A stretch of 62,912 nucleotides of DNA, the filler included, from Squatina squatina (taxonomy: Eukaryota): assembly GCA_031763465.1 (NCBI GenBank). It is 4 parts of 4 records of this genome, joined end to end, with 100 filler letters (N's around TTAATTAATTAA, not from the genome) between each part and the next. Parts side by side here need not be neighbours in the genome. Positions count along the whole stretch, not along the records: positions 48,675 to 62,912 come from JARFOE010000005.1; 3 more parts are not named here. One strand, given 5' to 3'. This document shows positions 61,145-62,912 of the stretch, in pieces; position 1 is the first letter of the stretch, and every line of letters begins with the position of its first letter. Made by a program: the position numbers and the translations under genes. The notes below the pieces were generated by a model. That model ran no database searches. It saw only the letters and a list, made by a program, of their open reading frames with translations, and was not told the DNA's origin.

Positions 61145-62005
61145 GCACGCAGCAGATACCCAGGCTACTGTCGAGGACATGTTGCCTTCTGTCACCACAG
61201 TAACCACTAACTCTGACACTATCACTGAAACGTTTGCCACTGCTCAAAACAGTCCAACGAGTGAATCGACTACACTCACTTCCAGCGCTGCACTCCCAGC
61301 CTCAACTACANNNNNNNNNNNNNNNNNNNNNNNNNNNNNNNNNNNNNNNNNNNNNNNNNNNNNNNNNNNNNNNNNNNNNNNNNNNNNNNNNNNNNNNNNN
61401 NNNNNNNNNNNNNNNNNNNNNNNNNNNNNNNNNNNNNNNNNNNNNNNNNNNNNNNNNNNNNTCAGTGATGCCCCGGTCTCTGTTTCTTCACCTCCTTCTT
61501 CTGCCCCAGTCTCTAGTAATCCCGTCTCAAGCGTCAATTCCAGCCAAGCCTCGGCCCCTCTTCCTATTGCTGGGACAGTAGAGGAGGCCTCAAAAGCTCC
61601 TGCCGACAATAGCAAACCTTCTGGCCCAGTTCCCAGCCCTGGAAACCCAGCCAGTCCCTCAGCTACATCAGCGCAGCCGCAACCCAAGCCAGAAGCGCCA
61701 ACGACCACCAAGAACCCAGAAACAGAAGCTTCAAAGCCTAACCCAGTGAAGAGCCCCGTGGAGCAAACAAATAACTCCACCAGTGTGAAGAACGAGGCTG
61801 CTACAGACAGCAGCAAAAAACCCTCCCAGGGCGAGGACTTTCCAAATGACGGAGGGACCTTCAAGACCTCAGACATTGACCTTGCAAAGGATGTTTTTGC
61901 AGCTCTTGGCAATTCTTCTCTTCCCACTATGGCTGGTGGGAAAGCTGTTGACCTTGCTCCTACCATTGTAGACGCCGCTTTACCATCTGCTCCAGCAAAG
62001 GAAGA
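61145..62005 (+). CDS. NCAM1: NCAM1 exon 18 (NCAM-180-specific large cytoplasmic exon), internal gap 61311-61461
   Basis: Splice sites cctcacag|G CAC GCA ... GAA GA|gtatg (phase 2-2). Contains ATVEDMLPSVTTVTTNSDTITETFATAQNSPTSESTTLTSS and GEDFPNDGGTFKTSDIDLAKDVFAALG, both hallmark NCAM-180 segments. Confidence 0.94.
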
Positions 62006-62912
62006 GTATGGGCATTTTTCACACTAATGCTACTTGCTTGTCACTGTGTCTTTGTTGTGATGCAGCTGTGCTTTCATGTCCTTTCAGCTCCTGCATAAAA
62101 CCTGGTCACTAACTTTACTAATTTTTACAAGAAATAAGACAATTGAAAGGATACTTTCCTAATAGAGGTTGCAGCTCGCAGAGAAAAAAATCCAAGAATA
62201 TTTGACATTTAGATATGGCAGATGGGTCTGATCATCTGATCCGAGTGTGATGGCTTCCTTAAATGATCGAAATTCTGAAACCTTCTAACTGAAATTTGCA
62301 AGAATTTTTCTAATTTAACAACATCTTGTTGCACCTTTTCATTCAGCATGAACCTCTCTCCAATTAAATTACAAAAATTGGGTGCAATTTAAATTATCTT
62401 TAAATTGTATGGGGACAAGGAATGTGCCTAATTATATTTGCAGTATTTTTAGTTTGTGTTTTACACAATTTTGCAGTTCATGTGTACTGGCTTGAAGAGA
62501 CCGATGTGAATTAAATGATTAGCAACAACGAGTACAGCTTTTCATTGATGGAGAGCAGCAAATATGCTTCCTACAGTGATCTGTCTCCTAAAACAATTGC
62601 CCTTTGCAATAGGAGGGAATATATTTAAATATATAAATGACAGCCAAGCTAAATTTACACATTGCCATTGGCACTGTTTACGCCAACAGCACCTGGTTCT
62701 GTTTCAATTGAACTCTGATTCAAATTTAGTCCAATATCAACCAACATAGCACATTAGGTGGGACGATAACATTCAGCCCTTTACGCACTGCTAATGATTT
62801 TATTAGGGAATGAGTTACAACAGAATCTGGTTGCTCACAGTAGTAAGAGCAGAGAACCTGGTGACACTGCCAGAGTATGATACTTTTTCTTAAGCTTGAA
62901 CAAAAATAGAAT

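Noticed and set aside
61244-61966. 240-aa minus-strand ORF
   Set aside because: Antisense shadow of NCAM1 exon 18.

Overview
Eukaryotic, vertebrate genomic DNA. The repeat families (CR1, L2 and RTE LINEs, a Deu-domain tRNA SINE, Penelope-type tails, Harbinger MITEs) point to a cartilaginous fish (shark/ray); that assignment is inference. The assembly is fragmented, with many 100-N gaps. Three artificial N44-TTAATTAATTAA-N44 linkers split it into four probably unrelated scaffolds: 1-14519, 14620-35955, 36056-48574 and 48675-62912. Recognisable coding sequence is limited to isolated exons: (1) a DAPK-family kinase exon; (2) the last coding exon of an RGM-family gene most like hemojuvelin (HJV/RGMc); (3) the 3' part of NCAM1, namely FnIII-2 exon 13, GPI exon 15 (not in the ORF track), exon 17 and NCAM-180 exon 18. 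Most listed ORFs are spurious, being gap-spanning or repeat-derived. I found no clearly new biological system. The best leads are a possible stop-loss C-terminal extension and a missing furin site in the HJV-like exon, the NCAM1 splicing architecture (a ~295-nt AG-free zone before the GPI exon, a QKI/RBFOX motif cluster and a candidate 3-nt AAG exon), a hammerhead-ribozyme-like core in a Penelope-type repeat, and an orphan minus-strand exon. Homology calls come from recalled sequences, not database searches. Repeat boundaries are approximate.
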